Below are positions 10,925 to 23,800 of a stretch of DNA of 64,000 nt, one piece after another. Every line of letters begins with the position of its first letter. The stretch's first letter is position 1. Under the pieces are notes generated by a model. The model saw only the letters and a program-made list of their open reading frames with translations, was not told where the DNA came from and did no database searches. The DNA comes from Cladosporium halotolerans. Taxonomy: Eukaryota. The DNA is taken from assembly GCF_011745625.1 (NCBI RefSeq), contig NW_027191481.1, positions 124,001 to 188,000 of the forward strand. Direction: 5' to 3'. The position numbers and the translations under genes are program-made.

Positions 10925-12649
10925 ATGGCGTCAGCCAACGACGCTCCCATGCCACTGGCACTTGCTCACCAGGCCCAGCCAATTGTTGCCACGGCTGCTA
11001 TCATGCCAGTCGAACAAACAAACACCAGCGATCAAGCTTCGAACAACACCACCACCACCAACAACAACGCAATCATGCCAACAGTGCAAGCTTCTCCTGG
11101 CACCAACCCACAAAACACAGTGCAAGCCAACCGAGATCCCGATGCAGACCAAGGTGCTGAGGATAATGATGAGAGCAGCAATGACAATGAGAGCGACGAC
11201 GATGACATGAGCCATTACACTTTCCGCGAGTCAGACTACGATTCTGATGGCAACTCCGTCGATGAATTGGACAAAGCACAGGAACGGAAGAACAGGCTGA
11301 TGCAGTTTGACGAAGATGGTGTGCTCCAGTGGCTACAGAACGAGAGCTCTTACACAACAAGCGAGCCTGGCCGTCAACCGACGTCTAGTGAACGACGCTT
11401 GTACGATGCCGCATCAGTCTTCGAGCTCCGCCAGTATGTCAGAGAGCGCGGACTGTGCGACCCGTACCGGGAAGGCCTTACTCTCAAATACTTCTACATT
11501 CGCGTTCTGGAACAAGCCGATCGGAACAAGAAGTTCCGCTTTCTCGACTTGCCACCGGAGATGAGGAATATCGTCTATAGTGAGCTTTTAACCTTCGGCT
11601 ACTGTTGCTGCCGCATGTGTGTGGAGTGCGGGTCCGATCACCAATGCATTTGCTTGGCTCGTCGTTGTGACATTGCGATTCTGCAAGTCAGCAAACAGGT
11701 GTACAAGGAGGCCAAGGACATCCTCTACGCAGACAACACGGTCGAGTCCAAGATCTTTTTCCTGTCCGACCCGGTTCGCTCTGCCAAGATCCACAACACA
11801 GAGTTCGGCGATGCCTTAATGGCGAGACGTGAGGGTTTCTACGCTGGCATGTACTGCTTGCCAGATTGGTTTCGCAGAATACAGCATTTGCAACTGACCA
11901 TTGGTGCTCATGGCCATGGCGAAATGGCACGAGGATTCGAGTTCCTCCAAGGCTGCCTCTTGAACATCGCTTCGTTTCTTCTGGAGGGTCATAGTCTGAA
12001 GACGCTTCGCATCCACGTCACGAATCATCTCTACGACCCTTTGACTGAAGCCGAGGACGCGGAGCATTTCATGGACATCCTCCTCTACCCTCTTCGCCGT
12101 CTAAGCGGCTTCAGGAACGTGGTTTTCACTGGAGATGTAGACGATGCATTGTCCCTGGACATCAAGACTCAGATGCAAGGACCGAAGACGCAGACCTTCA
12201 ACACAGTCAAGCATTTGCATCACCTGCGCAAAGAAGCTCATGCCTTCGTATCGATGGTGGAAGAATTAAATCCGTCCGACTTCCGGGATTCGATCTACGA
12301 GCTTCACGAAGTCTGGCAGGGGCCAAGTCTGGTGAATCGTGTCAAATGGCTGCTTGAGGAGACCGCATACTTTTCATATTTCGAAGAGGACGGAGAAGGA
12401 GAGTTTCGAGACGCTCGCGCCGAGGAAAATTTGCATATGAAAATGTGGGACCTGGAGTCCTGCTTGAACGGTGCAGACTTCAGGCGATTCGAGCAGAAGA
12501 AAGTCGGGTACGAAACAGCAAGAGCGAGCCGGATGGCACTCGATCCAAAGGAGACTTCATTTGGAAAAGGCGGCAGGGTTGAGGAGGATCCCTGCGAATA
12601 CTATGATCGCCCCTGGACAAGTCGTATTGTGGACGACATATTTGACTAG
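10925..12649 (+). CDS. F-box-like protein with an upstream SAP-like helix and an acidic, low-complexity N-terminus
   Basis: Single 574-aa ORF containing YDAASVFELRQYVRERGL, then FRFLDLPPEMRNIVYSELL, then ILQVSKQVYKEAKDILYADN. Confidence 0.8.
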   Translation: MASANDAPMPLALAHQAQPIVATAAIMPVEQTNTSDQASNNTTTTNNNAIMPTVQASPGTNPQNTVQANRDPDADQGAEDNDESSNDNESDDDDMSHYTFRESDYDSDGNSVDELDKAQERKNRLMQFDEDGVLQWLQNESSYTTSEPGRQPTSSERRLYDAASVFELRQYVRERGLCDPYREGLTLKYFYIRVLEQADRNKKFRFLDLPPEMRNIVYSELLTFGYCCCRMCVECGSDHQCICLARRCDIAILQVSKQVYKEAKDILYADNTVESKIFFLSDPVRSAKIHNTEFGDALMARREGFYAGMYCLPDWFRRIQHLQLTIGAHGHGEMARGFEFLQGCLLNIASFLLEGHSLKTLRIHVTNHLYDPLTEAEDAEHFMDILLYPLRRLSGFRNVVFTGDVDDALSLDIKTQMQGPKTQTFNTVKHLHHLRKEAHAFVSMVEELNPSDFRDSIYELHEVWQGPSLVNRVKWLLEETAYFSYFEEDGEGEFRDARAEENLHMKMWDLESCLNGADFRRFEQKKVGYETARASRMALDPKETSFGKGGRVEEDPCEYYDRPWTSRIVDDIFD

Positions 12650-12703
12650 ATGGAGAGGCGATGTCTGAGTGAGCTTCTTCGCACGTGGCCTTTCCGCGTT
12701 GAG

Positions 12704-13943
12704 CTATGTGGTCTTTGCTATTCCTTCTTTGACACCACCGGACCACTTCCCGTTTTTCCTTTCCCATGAGACAGTGCCAAAGCTCGTAGTACGTAGCACG
12801 TTAGCCTTCAATGAAGACAGTTTATCGCATTTGCTTGACAGAGCATCCATGTCAGCAGCCGAAGGGAAAGTCTTCCCAACAACGCCTGACCGTGGGTTTT
12901 GGACCTGAAGTAATCATGAGCTTGAAATCACGATGCGCCAATGTCATGAATCCACATACCTCCATGAAGAATTGCAGGCTCGGGTTGGCCACAATCTCGA
13001 CCTGCTCGAGCTGCGCACACCCTTCCAACCCCCTAAGCAGCTCCTTCTTGCATGCCTCACCCGGCTCTGCCTCCAGCGTGGCGTTCAACACCATCACGTT
13101 CTTCTGCACGCCGAGCACCTTTTGAAACTGCTCCAGCGTGAACGTGAACAGCGTCGAGTTCAGCGCCCTCAGACCCCGCGGCCTGCACTCATCCGCCGTC
13201 AGAGCCTCCACCACACTCGCCGACAGCGTCTTGTTGAACGCCATGACACCTTCTTTGCTCGCCGCCTGCGCAATATTGCTCGGATCCTGCTCATCCTCGC
13301 TCGCGTCCTCCGGCGCGGAAATATTGAACGAGCAGCTGATGAGCCCCGGCCCGATCAGCGCCGCCAGCTCCGACGCCGGAATCTGCGCCATGAAATCCTC
13401 ATCCTCGTGTCGGAAGGTGTAGTTGACCTCGAGGAACATCAGGCCGCGGCGCGCGCGGCCGGGGTCATCGGAGGCATCGTATTTCAACCAGGGCGCGATC
13501 TGCGCGAAGAAGCCGGGCTTCGCGAAGACGTCGAGCAGGTGTAGGGCGCGGAGGTTGGGAAGTTTTCTGAAGAAGGCCGCGGCATCTTCAGCACTCTCTT
13601 TGCTGATTCCGCCCAGTAGCTGGCTGTAGATGACAACGCTCTTGAGGTTGGGCAGGCGCTCGGCGAGCCGGTTGAGGAAGCCTGGTGGGTAGCCGAGGCT
13701 GAAGAGCTCGAGAGTGAGGGATTCGATTGCGAAGGGGATCGAATCGGGAATCGAGTAGGGTTGCGAGAGGAGGGTCTGGTACTCGTCGACTATGATGTCG
13801 CAGGTGAGGGTGAGGGCTTTGAGGCCGCGGGCGGCCGGAGGGAAGTCTGGTAGGCTGAATGACTGGAGGGGTATTTGGGCTCCCTGGGCTTCGGACGGGT
13901 TGACTGGAGCCCCAGGAAGGTTAGCTGGGTTTGTGGTTGCCAT
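12704..13943 (-). CDS. Hypothetical protein with LRR-like segments, 2 exons
   Basis: Strong codon bias. Segments IESLTLELF, LPNLKSVVIY and LPNLRALHL. Intron 12905-12959 (GTATGT..CAG) leads to a last exon ending ...KEGIAKTT* at 12704. Confidence 0.82.
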
Positions 13944-15194
13944 CGTTGGGAGGATTGGGCTGATTCAATTGATAGGCGATGGGGGAGTTGAGTTGGGGAT
14001 TACAGAGAGTTCAAGGAGGGCGCCGCAGCCGAATGGGTTTCAGACTCGGCTTGAAAGAGAGGAGATGTGAGGGGTATGATAGAAGGGCTGTCATGCAGGC
14101 CATGGCGAACACTTGGGATGCGGTCTGCGTGCCCAGTCGTGAGCTCGAAGCTGCCCGTTCGCACATGTCAGCCTGCGGAGAAGTGGGGTCTCGGAGTTGC
14201 TGGATGACGGAGAGACAAGGATTCTGTCAGGACAAGACGGAGAATATGTGCAGCTCGGCTTCTGAGCGCCGATCTTTCTGCCGAAGAGTTTCGATATCTC
14301 TCTAATCTCGTTTGCGAATCCAGGAATTCACGCGACTTCCGCATATTCCTCTCACATGCAGGCGTGGTGTTGTACACAAGACCAATTGAGCCCCACCAAA
14401 CGCTCAGTGGTTTCGGATCTCCGCCATATCCATGAGCACTGACGTGAATGTACTATACGAGCATTCGCGGCCCTTCTCACAAGGACATTTGTAAATCTAC
14501 GGCTGATTTTGCCAAAGCCTTTGGCATGTGGTCCATGACTCTCTCTGTGGACAAAATGTTTCTCGGTGGTTTGTAGGTGAGGGTAGTACGTCACTTTACC
14601 TTATATCTTATGAGATGCTTGTGAACTCAAAGCCTTGTGCCATGCGACCCACGACTCTCTCAGGGGAAATCTTCTTTTTTGGCTGGGAGCGAGTTTGGAA
14701 TGATGCTATCTCTTGGTTTACCGTCGACTGAGGACCAGAAGCGAGAGGAACAATAGCGCATGGGTAGGTGCGACGGATCTAAATCCATGTCAGCAATCCT
14801 TGCTACCGTCAGACAAAGCACTATCATACTCGTGCAGCTGGTCGTGGGATTTTAACTGTGGTGTGCAATAAGAGTGCTGTGCAATCTGCGGCTTCGGCCG
14901 GAGCACCTTCAGACCTGCGACGTTTCCTGAAGGATCATGTTCACCCGCCCTTATCTTGAAGCTGACATTGTCTGACATTTTTGGGACGGAAAAGGGTAGG
15001 CACTGTACATCAAAATCGTTGGTTGTAGGACAGTCAATTTCGAGACGTTGAACATCTTGGATCTATTGTGTATACGTGCCGAAAAGCGCTGGTACAAAAG
15101 TTTTGATGTACGAAAGCCGAAGATTACTCACTTCCGGCGATAGGGTATCATGCTATCCTTGCCATATCCACCATTACTACCGAGGGCTGAGACC

Positions 15195-16916
15195 CTAAAC
15201 ATTTTCCTCCATAAGATGCTCGGGCGTAGCCGATGTCTTGGAGATACGGCGGCCACCAGTCTTCTCTCTTTCGCTGGCAAGCTCCTTCGCGAACTTGGAG
15301 CGGTCTCTGATCTGTGGGCCAAACCAGTAGAAGATGTAGATGGGAATGACAATGACGCAAGACAAAGCGCCGAGGATTGTCGTCGCGTTGTTGACGGCCG
15401 GGTTGGGGAAATGGCCGATGTTGTGGTACAGAGGTGCAGCGTACATAGCGGAGATACCGGCGAAGAAATCACGCGCCCATGCGTTGCCACCTGTCGCGGA
15501 AGCGGCGTAGACACCGTAAGATGCGACCATGTAATCGACCGATGAGAAGTAGATCGTGTAGTTGGCAATGCCGATAAGGGCGGAGAAGATCATCGGGGCG
15601 ATCCAGTGGTTGATCGCAGGTCCTTGGGTAGTCCATGCGAAGCAGAACAGACCGATGGGCTCAAGCGGAGCTGTCCAAAGGAGCCACTTGAGGCGACGTT
15701 CCGGAATCATCGAGTTCCTGCCATTCTTCTTCCTGTGGTGTTCATCCCGCCAGAACCATGGATAGTACGAGAAGTAGGCGATGAAGTAGGCCGCGTTGAT
15801 GGGAATGAAGGCCCAAGCGATGGCGAGGATACCGAATCCCCACTGCTGATACACCGGCTTGAAGCTCTCGAGGAACGTGAAAATGAGGGCGTCGGAGAAA
15901 CCGGAGAGGAGGGAAAGGCAGAGGACGATGGGCTCGGTGAGCAACATGATCCATGGACGCATCCAAATCGTGCCGATCTCCTTGACAGAGATACGCGGCT
16001 TCTTGAGCTCGTTCGGACCATATACATTGGGATCCTCGCCAGCCTTGCGTCTCCTCTTGGCCTCCTTGTCCAGAAGGATTGTCGCACGGCTTTCAGGCAT
16101 GAAAAAGTGAATGGCTTGAGCGCCACCGTTGAAGATCAGTTGGATCCAGAAGTTCCAACGCCAGTGGAGGACTGAACAATATTGTCAGCATTGGGAAGAT
16201 GTGATGATATGGTAATGGTGGCTTACATCGCTCAATAGGTCCACCAATCACACCACCGATACTAGTGCCGATGCAGGATGCAAGAACGATGAAAGCAAGA
16301 GGCCACTGCTGGTCTTCCGGTTCGTACAAGTCTGCGATGAGACCAAGTGTGACACTGCCACCAGCGGTGGAAAGACCACTCTGTTAAATCGATTAGCACG
16401 TGACGCGTCAGAAGCATATCCGGTCAAACATACCAGTGCACGACCAGCAAGAATACCACTGAAGCTGTTGGCAAGAGCTGCAGGGAGAATGAAGATGTTG
16501 ATGAGCGTTTCGGAGAGCTGGAGAATGGGCCAACGTCCAAACTCCTCACTCCAAGGAGCCCAAAGCTCGCAACCGAATGAGTAGAAGACCAGATAGATCA
16601 TCTGACCAGTACGAGCACCCTGCTGAGAGATACCAAACTCCTCCACAAGCGGCGTGACCGCGTTCGGATAAACCGAGGTGTTGTAGTTCATCGCGATTTG
16701 AATGAGCGCAACCGAGGAGAGGTACATCCATTTCTTCCATGTTGGCCAGTTGTAGGCGAGAATCTCATACGCCTCATCTTCCGTCAATTCGCGCTTGCCA
16801 TCGGGGCGCACGTTCGACTTTTCGGTATTCTCGTTGGTCTCGTTTGGAGGGGAGACCGTCTTGTCGTCCGAGTCGCTCACGTCCGGCGTGGCGGTTGCCT
16901 GCTGGTCGTTCGCCAT
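15195..16916 (-). CDS. MFS multidrug transporter (DHA1-like), 3 exons
   Basis: WPTWKKW, LWAPWSEEFGRWP, MPESR, LLTEPIV, PERRL and YGVYAASATGGN motifs. Introns near 16380-16432 and 16172-16227. Start taken at MANDQQ. Confidence 0.92.
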
Positions 16917-19211
16917 GTTGACAGTATGGGGATGGAGAAGGAGAACGGATGGAGAAAGGCAAATCACCCATGGAGATAGAGCGTGATTATTAGCACTTCA
17001 ACGGCCAGATCCACAGCATGACGTCGGGCGATGGGATGTGGGCGTACGGGTGGACGCACCCTCCTCGCCATGGCGCGTGGTACATCCATCTCACGGCGCC
17101 CAGCAATTTTTGTTGGGTCTCTTCCGGAGAGATGGGGTTTACCCAAAGCCGCGCATGACCCGAGCAAACGCCTAGCAGGCATGTGGTTCGCGAGATCATC
17201 ACCCTTCGGCAATGTGGGCAGGGACACTGCTCGGGGTGTGACGAAGGTTTTGAGCAGATCGTTCATTTGAATCAGCATCGACGCTGAACGTTCGCTGGGA
17301 TCCACACGTCAAATCCACCAGACCCGATCTGCCAAGCGTGTGGATCTCGGACGGTCAAGACTCCGCCCAAGAGAGCCAAAGATATGGCTTGCTCGAATTA
17401 AGCAGCAACACTAGGACGGACTCGGCAACAAAGTCGACTTCACCCATCGTCGATGCCTGCCACGGCACCGTGGACCTCGCTGCAACGCCGAATTGTTGTC
17501 GCGCACGCAATTCGCGGTACCTGACAAATGTGAGACTTATCGTCCGGGGCTCCTTTCGCTGGCAGCGTGGGTTCTTCGGGGAAATCGCTGGGGTTTGACT
17601 GGGTCTCTCCATTGGGCCCTGAAGGAAGCAAACTCCAGTGGATATGGGTTATCTCCTGTTGTCTTCTGGAAACATCAATCTCCGAGTCAAACGTCAAAAG
17701 CCGGAGTATCTCCCGCACAACGCAAGGAGACGGCGGTATCGGCAGCTGGTAGAGAAGAGTCAATACTTAGGGCTCGCTTGCACATTCGCAGACTCAGCGG
17801 CGAGAGTTTGCCAATCGACGCGGCTTCGCGTCTTCCTCCGACGCTTGTGACGGTCGCCAAGTGCAACCGTAAGAAAGAGTTGGAACTCAACCATTATTAA
17901 GGTGCGGGCCGTCCCTTGATTGGGTCAAGCGTCTTCGGGTGGCGTTTGCCCCCGGGCTAATCATCCGAACGACATCATCGCTCCACTTGTTGAGACGCGA
18001 AGAGCTCTTGCCACAAAATACTTATGGATGCAAACAATTGTTGTTTGCCATGGTCTGAAATTTTGCTGAAAGATCTTTCAGCGGCGTCGCATGCAGGGCA
18101 GGGGTGGGAGCCTGATCTACCACATGCCGGCGTCAAGCTCCGTCCTCTCCTCGTTCAAACGGCTTCGGTCATGCGGCCGCATCGCGGCTCTTCTCGGACC
18201 ACCTGGGGATGCTGGCTGACGTACTCATCTTGTCGTGGTCAATAGCGTAAAAGTTTGGCCTCTTGGCTTATCGCCGAATTGCTACAGCTCTGATGTCACT
18301 CCATCTTCCCGGCATCACATAATCTCGTGGCATTTTCTCGAATGGCGCTCTCCGCGCGCTCGTCTCCATGCGGGCGCAGCGGGTCCAAGCGGATCTCGTG
18401 ATCGCACAGAAGACAAATGTAACGCGAGTGGAGATCTATCAGTCGTTGAATTAGCCTGACTCGATGTCATTCGCCTACGCGCCAAAACGGAGACTCGGGA
18501 CATCCATCGCCATCACCTCTTCGACTCTCTCGCGTCTGCGCATCCGCCCACGCCGCCGTCAGTGAATGGGAGGCCTTCGTCGCTGGCGGTGTTTTGAATC
18601 CATCCCTCCGAGACTTCTCTTTCGAGGTTGAAGTGATCACAGATAAGCTGCTCTGGATTTTGCTCCTGCTCTGGGACGACAGCACTCATGTCCAAGAAGC
18701 TCTGAGCAAGAAGAGCACAGGAGCTATCTGAAGCTGCATGGCAAATCAACTTGGCTCAACCATAAAGGTCATATACAGTAAAAGACGCTTGAGAAATACA
18801 TACGACCACAGGTCAGTGAAAACTGGGCATCCCGTCCGCTCTGCCATACATAAGCACTGAACCGGGCGACTAGTACTAGAGTGGGTGACCATCTGGGAAT
18901 CCCGCCTGTTGTATGTTTTTTGCTTTTTGTGTGGGCCCTCCATCTTGGAAGAGAGGCGTGAAGACAAAGCCTGTAAAGGCAGCATCAGACTGATGTGTGC
19001 GATGGAACTGGCGGATAACTTGTGTCACAGTTGAGGTTGAACACAAAGGCACATGGAGATCGAAGCGGTACGGCTTCCTATAAACAGATGTGGGACGCAA
19101 ACCTTGAACCTTGTATGCACTATTCCTTTGAAACCGTTGTCCGGTATTGTGTTATGTACTCTCAAGGTCATTCTGCCTTGTCCGTTGGCAAACAGTTAAG
19201 TCTGATTACAC

Positions 19212-20276
19212 TTAGCAAATGTTCAAGGCAGCATTGCCAGTGATGTCGAAGGTCATGTTCTCTCCGCACGGGCTTTCACGGACAGTGTTGTCGTTGACCT
19301 CCAGAGACAGGGAGATATCGCGCGTGTTCTCAAATTCCGATCGTGCCGCAATGCGGACTTCTCCGCCACCCTGGACAGTGCCAGACTTGATGTTGACATT
19401 GTAGCAGTTCTCGATCAGGATGGCGTTGTTCCCGTTGTCCTGCAAGTCGATAGCGCCAATCACGGCGCCGCCGGATTCGGAGACACAGAAAATGCCACGT
19501 CCACCGCCACGGGACACGACTCGGTCAACGTTTATGTTGTCAGGATAGCTGCCGTCAGCGTATCTTCCGTTGCGGTTCGCGAAGCGCAGAGTCGCATAGC
19601 CGACGCCAGTTGCGACATTTGTGCCATCAACGAGACCGACTTGTGCATTGATTGTGTTCTGGATGAGCAGGCCACACTCTCCGACATCTTGGGCAATGAC
19701 TTCGTTGATGGTCAGGCCATCGATGTTCCAAATTTCCACAGCGTGCGAGCCAGCGCCCGTGACTGTAATGCTGTCCATTTCCACGTTTGAGTTGGGCGCA
19801 CCGTCGCGGTCGAAGCGGATGCCGAGACCATCGCTCAGATCCATCTCGATTTGACCCAGAGTGAGGTCGCTGACTCCCGAGAACTGAAGGCCGAAGTAAG
19901 GGCTTCCGGTCATCTTGAGGTATGGGATGCTGACACCGCTTTGGTCAATAGCACGGATAGCGCCACGACCGCTGTTGTAACCGACATCTATGGTGCCGCA
20001 TCCCTCAAAAGTCTTGCCGCTGGAAATGTCGATGGTGGTCGCACCGATGGAACCGGAGGCGAGGACAGAGACGCGCTGACCCGATGAAATGGAATCGAGG
20101 GCGGTCTGGATGGCCGTGCGATAGTTTGACCCAGAGTAGAGCTGCTGAGAGCCTTTCGTGGCGGTGAAAGAATTTACTGAACCGTCGACGACAGCGTCAG
20201 GGCTGCCAGAGCCGCATTGTGCATAGACGGAAGAGGCAAATGCCAGGACGGAGGCAAGAAAGGAGAGACGAGTCAT
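19212..20276 (-). CDS. Secreted right-handed parallel beta-helix (pectin lyase-like fold) protein
   Basis: Signal peptide MTRLSFLASVLAFASSVYA. Repeating beta-strand/Gly/Asn pattern (GSHAVEIWNIDGLTI, GECGLLIQNT, GGGRGIFCVSESGG, NNAILIENCYNVNI). Intronless. Confidence 0.8.
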   Translation of the reverse strand: MTRLSFLASVLAFASSVYAQCGSGSPDAVVDGSVNSFTATKGSQQLYSGSNYRTAIQTALDSISSGQRVSVLASGSIGATTIDISSGKTFEGCGTIDVGYNSGRGAIRAIDQSGVSIPYLKMTGSPYFGLQFSGVSDLTLGQIEMDLSDGLGIRFDRDGAPNSNVEMDSITVTGAGSHAVEIWNIDGLTINEVIAQDVGECGLLIQNTINAQVGLVDGTNVATGVGYATLRFANRNGRYADGSYPDNINVDRVVSRGGGRGIFCVSESGGAVIGAIDLQDNGNNAILIENCYNVNIKSGTVQGGGEVRIAARSEFENTRDISLSLEVNDNTVRESPCGENMTFDITGNAALNIC

Positions 20277-20877
20277 GCTGCAGAAGATTTGAGCAGTATC
20301 TTGATGGAAGAGAGGATGACCTGACTCTCAAGGTCGGCGCCTTCTCATGTTACATATGCTTCGTGAGAACGCCATACGTACTTCAGCCCTCCCCGGTCGT
20401 GACAATGCCACGCCCCAGGGCTACCACGCTCGGTGGCAATTATTTCATTCGAAACTCGGTTCGCCCTCCCAAGAGGGATCGTCATGTCACGCTGCATATC
20501 TAGTCGCAAGTAGCGCACAGGCTTGTACAAGGATAGGTGGAAGTTCAGTGGAAGTCGAGCGTTTCGGCCAAATACGCCCCGACTTGACAAGACCGCTTGG
20601 CGGGGATTTCAATCAAACCGAAACTTAAAGCCAAGATGCCCAATGTTTTGGAGTCGAGCAGAGGATAGGGCAAAATTCGCTGACGTGCAATTATAGACCA
20701 TGTGATTATATAGTACAAACTTTCTCCTCGTGGGAACAATCTTCACGGGGCATGTCTCTCCGTGCGCCAAACCATGTCTTAATGAAACCCTCCTCGGCAG
20801 GACTTCAAACCCAGCGTCTCTATGGCCTGCCCTAACATGCGTGCAATAGCATGTTTAGTCCAGACCTTGTATCAAAC

Positions 20878-23800
20878 TCAGCCTGCTGTCTTTGTGGCCT
20901 TGCTGCGCAGCTTCATCATGAGGAACACCAATGCATAGCTGGAAATGCAAAATAGTGCCGTGATACCGACATCCCTCCAACCATAATATTTCTCGTTGAT
21001 ATTCATCGTCTTCAAATAATCGGCACCAGTAGTGTATTCGCAGTACTCGCACATTGTGCTGTTGCTTGCATCTACAATGTAGCCTGCGTTGGAGCTCAGG
21101 AAATCGGCCATGTATTCCCCACAGGTGGTTCCAGAGGGTAAAGGAATTCGTGTGAGCTCGTTCGGTTTGCATTGTATGTCCACGTCCCACACAACTGGCT
21201 CGAGGAGACCGCCGATGAGGTACGTGAATGGATCCAAGTAGTACATCCAGTAGCGCCAGAAGGCCTGAATCTGCGCGTACGGGACTACGACGCCGCAAAA
21301 GTTGATAAGCGCGGCTCCGATGATGACGGGGTTGGCCAGTGCAGCGAAGTATGCGTTCGGGCTGTAAGCAGCGATAGCCTGCCCAATGGACGTGTATAGG
21401 AATTCGTAGAGTATCATCTGGAGGTACACTTGACCCGAAGCGCTTGCCTTTACTGGTAGACCGGAAGTGAAGTACCAGCACGCGAAGAAGAGAGTTGCGC
21501 AGACAATCAACACCGGGATTTCCGACACGAGCTGTGCTGTAATAAAAGCCAGCCAGTGGTAAGTCTTACTCTTCTTCTCTCGCGATTCGAAAATATCTCG
21601 ATTGCGAATGAAGAAGGGCTGCAACTGGTTAATACACCCAGGTGCGACGAAGACAAAGTTGAAGATCGACATGAGACGTAGTTGCAGGTCGAAAGTTCCG
21701 TTTCCAATCTTCCAGAAAGTGAAGCCTGCGAAGAGACTGTTCGTGACATGAAGCCCAATTTTGTTCCAAACGTAGTCCGGGTTACGCCACAGAGAGATGA
21801 ACTGGCGCTTGGCGACCAGCGCTATCTGATGCTTGATTGGTGTCGCGAAGTCCGCATTATCCTCGGGTGCGTCAGGCTGGGTACTTGTCTCTTTGGCCTG
21901 CATGGCGTTGATCTCCTGTAGTCGGCTCATCATGTGCTGGCATTCTGGAGAGGCGAGCCAACATTCAGGCCAGTCGATGTTATCGCCTTGTCGGCCTTGC
22001 ACAACATCGACAATATGCTCTGCCGGATTGGTGTCTTCAGGGCAGACGGCGCCGTTCTTGGCAAAGTAGTCCAGGAGGATAGATGAGTCTTTTCCGGTCT
22101 CACCGAAGTAAGTCGTCCGCCCTCCCCTGGCAAGAAGCAAGAGCACGTCGAATGCTTCAAACAATGCTGCGGACGGTTGATGGATCGTGCAAATAATGGT
22201 CTGCCCAGATGCAGCTAACTTGCGCATAAATCTGCAGATCTCGAAAGCAGACTGCCCATCCAGTCCAGAGGTGGGCTCATCCAGGAACAGCAGTGTTGGT
22301 TTGGCGACTAGTTCAGTGGCAAGTGTGAGTCTTTTGCGTTGCTCGATCGAAAGACCAGATCCAGGAGCTATCTGTATGTCAGCTGTGATTGTTGAGATGA
22401 GGCAGATGCTTGAACTTACCACCAACGATAGCATGTTGAAGAGGTGTGAGTTCGAGGAGATCCATAATCTGATGAACGTAGTCGATTTTCTCTTCGTCGG
22501 GAATACTGTAGCTTTGACGGAGGCGGGCAGAGAATAGCAGTGACTCAAGGACGGTGGCGGTGGGTTCGTGGACGTCGTTCTGCTCACAGTAACCGGTGGT
22601 CCTTTGAAAGCTAATACCCTGAGGCTTGCCGTTGACCTGAGATGCATTGTTAGCTCAAAAACATACTAGCAGTAAGACAAGGTGCTTCGTTTTCCCTACC
22701 ATGATGCTACCCTCAATGCGGCCGCTATCTTTCCTTTGCGCGAGTACATCCATGAGAGTGGTTTTACCAGCTCCAGAGCTACCCATCAAAGCAACCAGTT
22801 GGCCGGGCAAAACGTAGCCAGACACCGACTGAAGTAGCTGTTTCTCCTTTCCCTGATGATGGACGAAATAGTCGATATTCTCGAACGTGAAGATGGTTTC
22901 ACCAACAGAAACGGTACCCTCATGTCCAGAACTACCGCTGGAATAAGAGCTGACGGCCTTCTCGGGATCTTGAGTTCGCGCAGTCTCTTTCTGGCGACTG
23001 CGGCGATCGAACAGGATTCGGGAGCCAGTGTCCGTGGAGAGATTCAGCTCAAATCCAACGGCAGTCATGAAAGCCCAGAAAAGCCAGAAAGCCACAATGA
23101 TGCCGAAGTTGCGCCAGATTGTTCCAGTGGATGCATTATACTGAGTGTTCACGTAAGTCTCGCCATTGATGCTATCAGCTCCTGGCAGGGATCCAGCTAC
23201 GGTGCAGCTTTTAAAGGAATCATCCGTGTACGAGGGTCCGAAAGGGACGTACTGTGGTGCCACACATGCGATATCAAGGTTACCCATTTCCGTGGCGAGC
23301 AATGCCTGCAAGCAGTAACTCGCGGGGTCGATGTATGAGATCCATCGGAACCAAACGTGCATCTCCGGCACTGGAATTAGATATCCCGCGTACACCATCA
23401 TGCCCATGATGCATACGCCGGCTATTTGGGATGCTATTCCGAAGTGACGACACCATGCTCCAATCATACGGAAGAATGATAAGAAGCACAGCATGGTTAC
23501 CAATAAAAGCACCCATTGGGTAAAGAATTTGCCGGCGTCGTGTTGAAACCCAACCATGAAGTAGTAGACGATCTCGAATAAACTGAGCGCGACCATCGTC
23601 AGCGGAATATCAGTAATGACATTCGCAATCGCATAGGCCGAAGGACGGGTGTACGCAAGGCGCTTGTGTCGTGAGATGATAGGTCTGCCAAGGAAGGACG
23701 CTTGAACCTCCGACATTGCGTTGAGACCAAACAGCAAGATTGGGAAGAAGAGCGCTCCAGGCCTTGGAAAGATCGAAGTGCTATCGTTCGGAAGATTGTA

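Noticed and set aside
17460..17474. Palindrome CCACGG-CA-CCGTGG upstream of the DHA1 MFS gene as a PDRE-like site
   Set aside because: A single short match in GC-rich DNA that is an imperfect PDRE and could be chance.
22370..22700. Apparent frameshift or split of the ABC transporter into two ORFs
   Set aside because: Explained by two ordinary introns flanking an exon in a third frame (VNGKPQGISFQRTTGYCEQNDVH...), so the gene looks intact.
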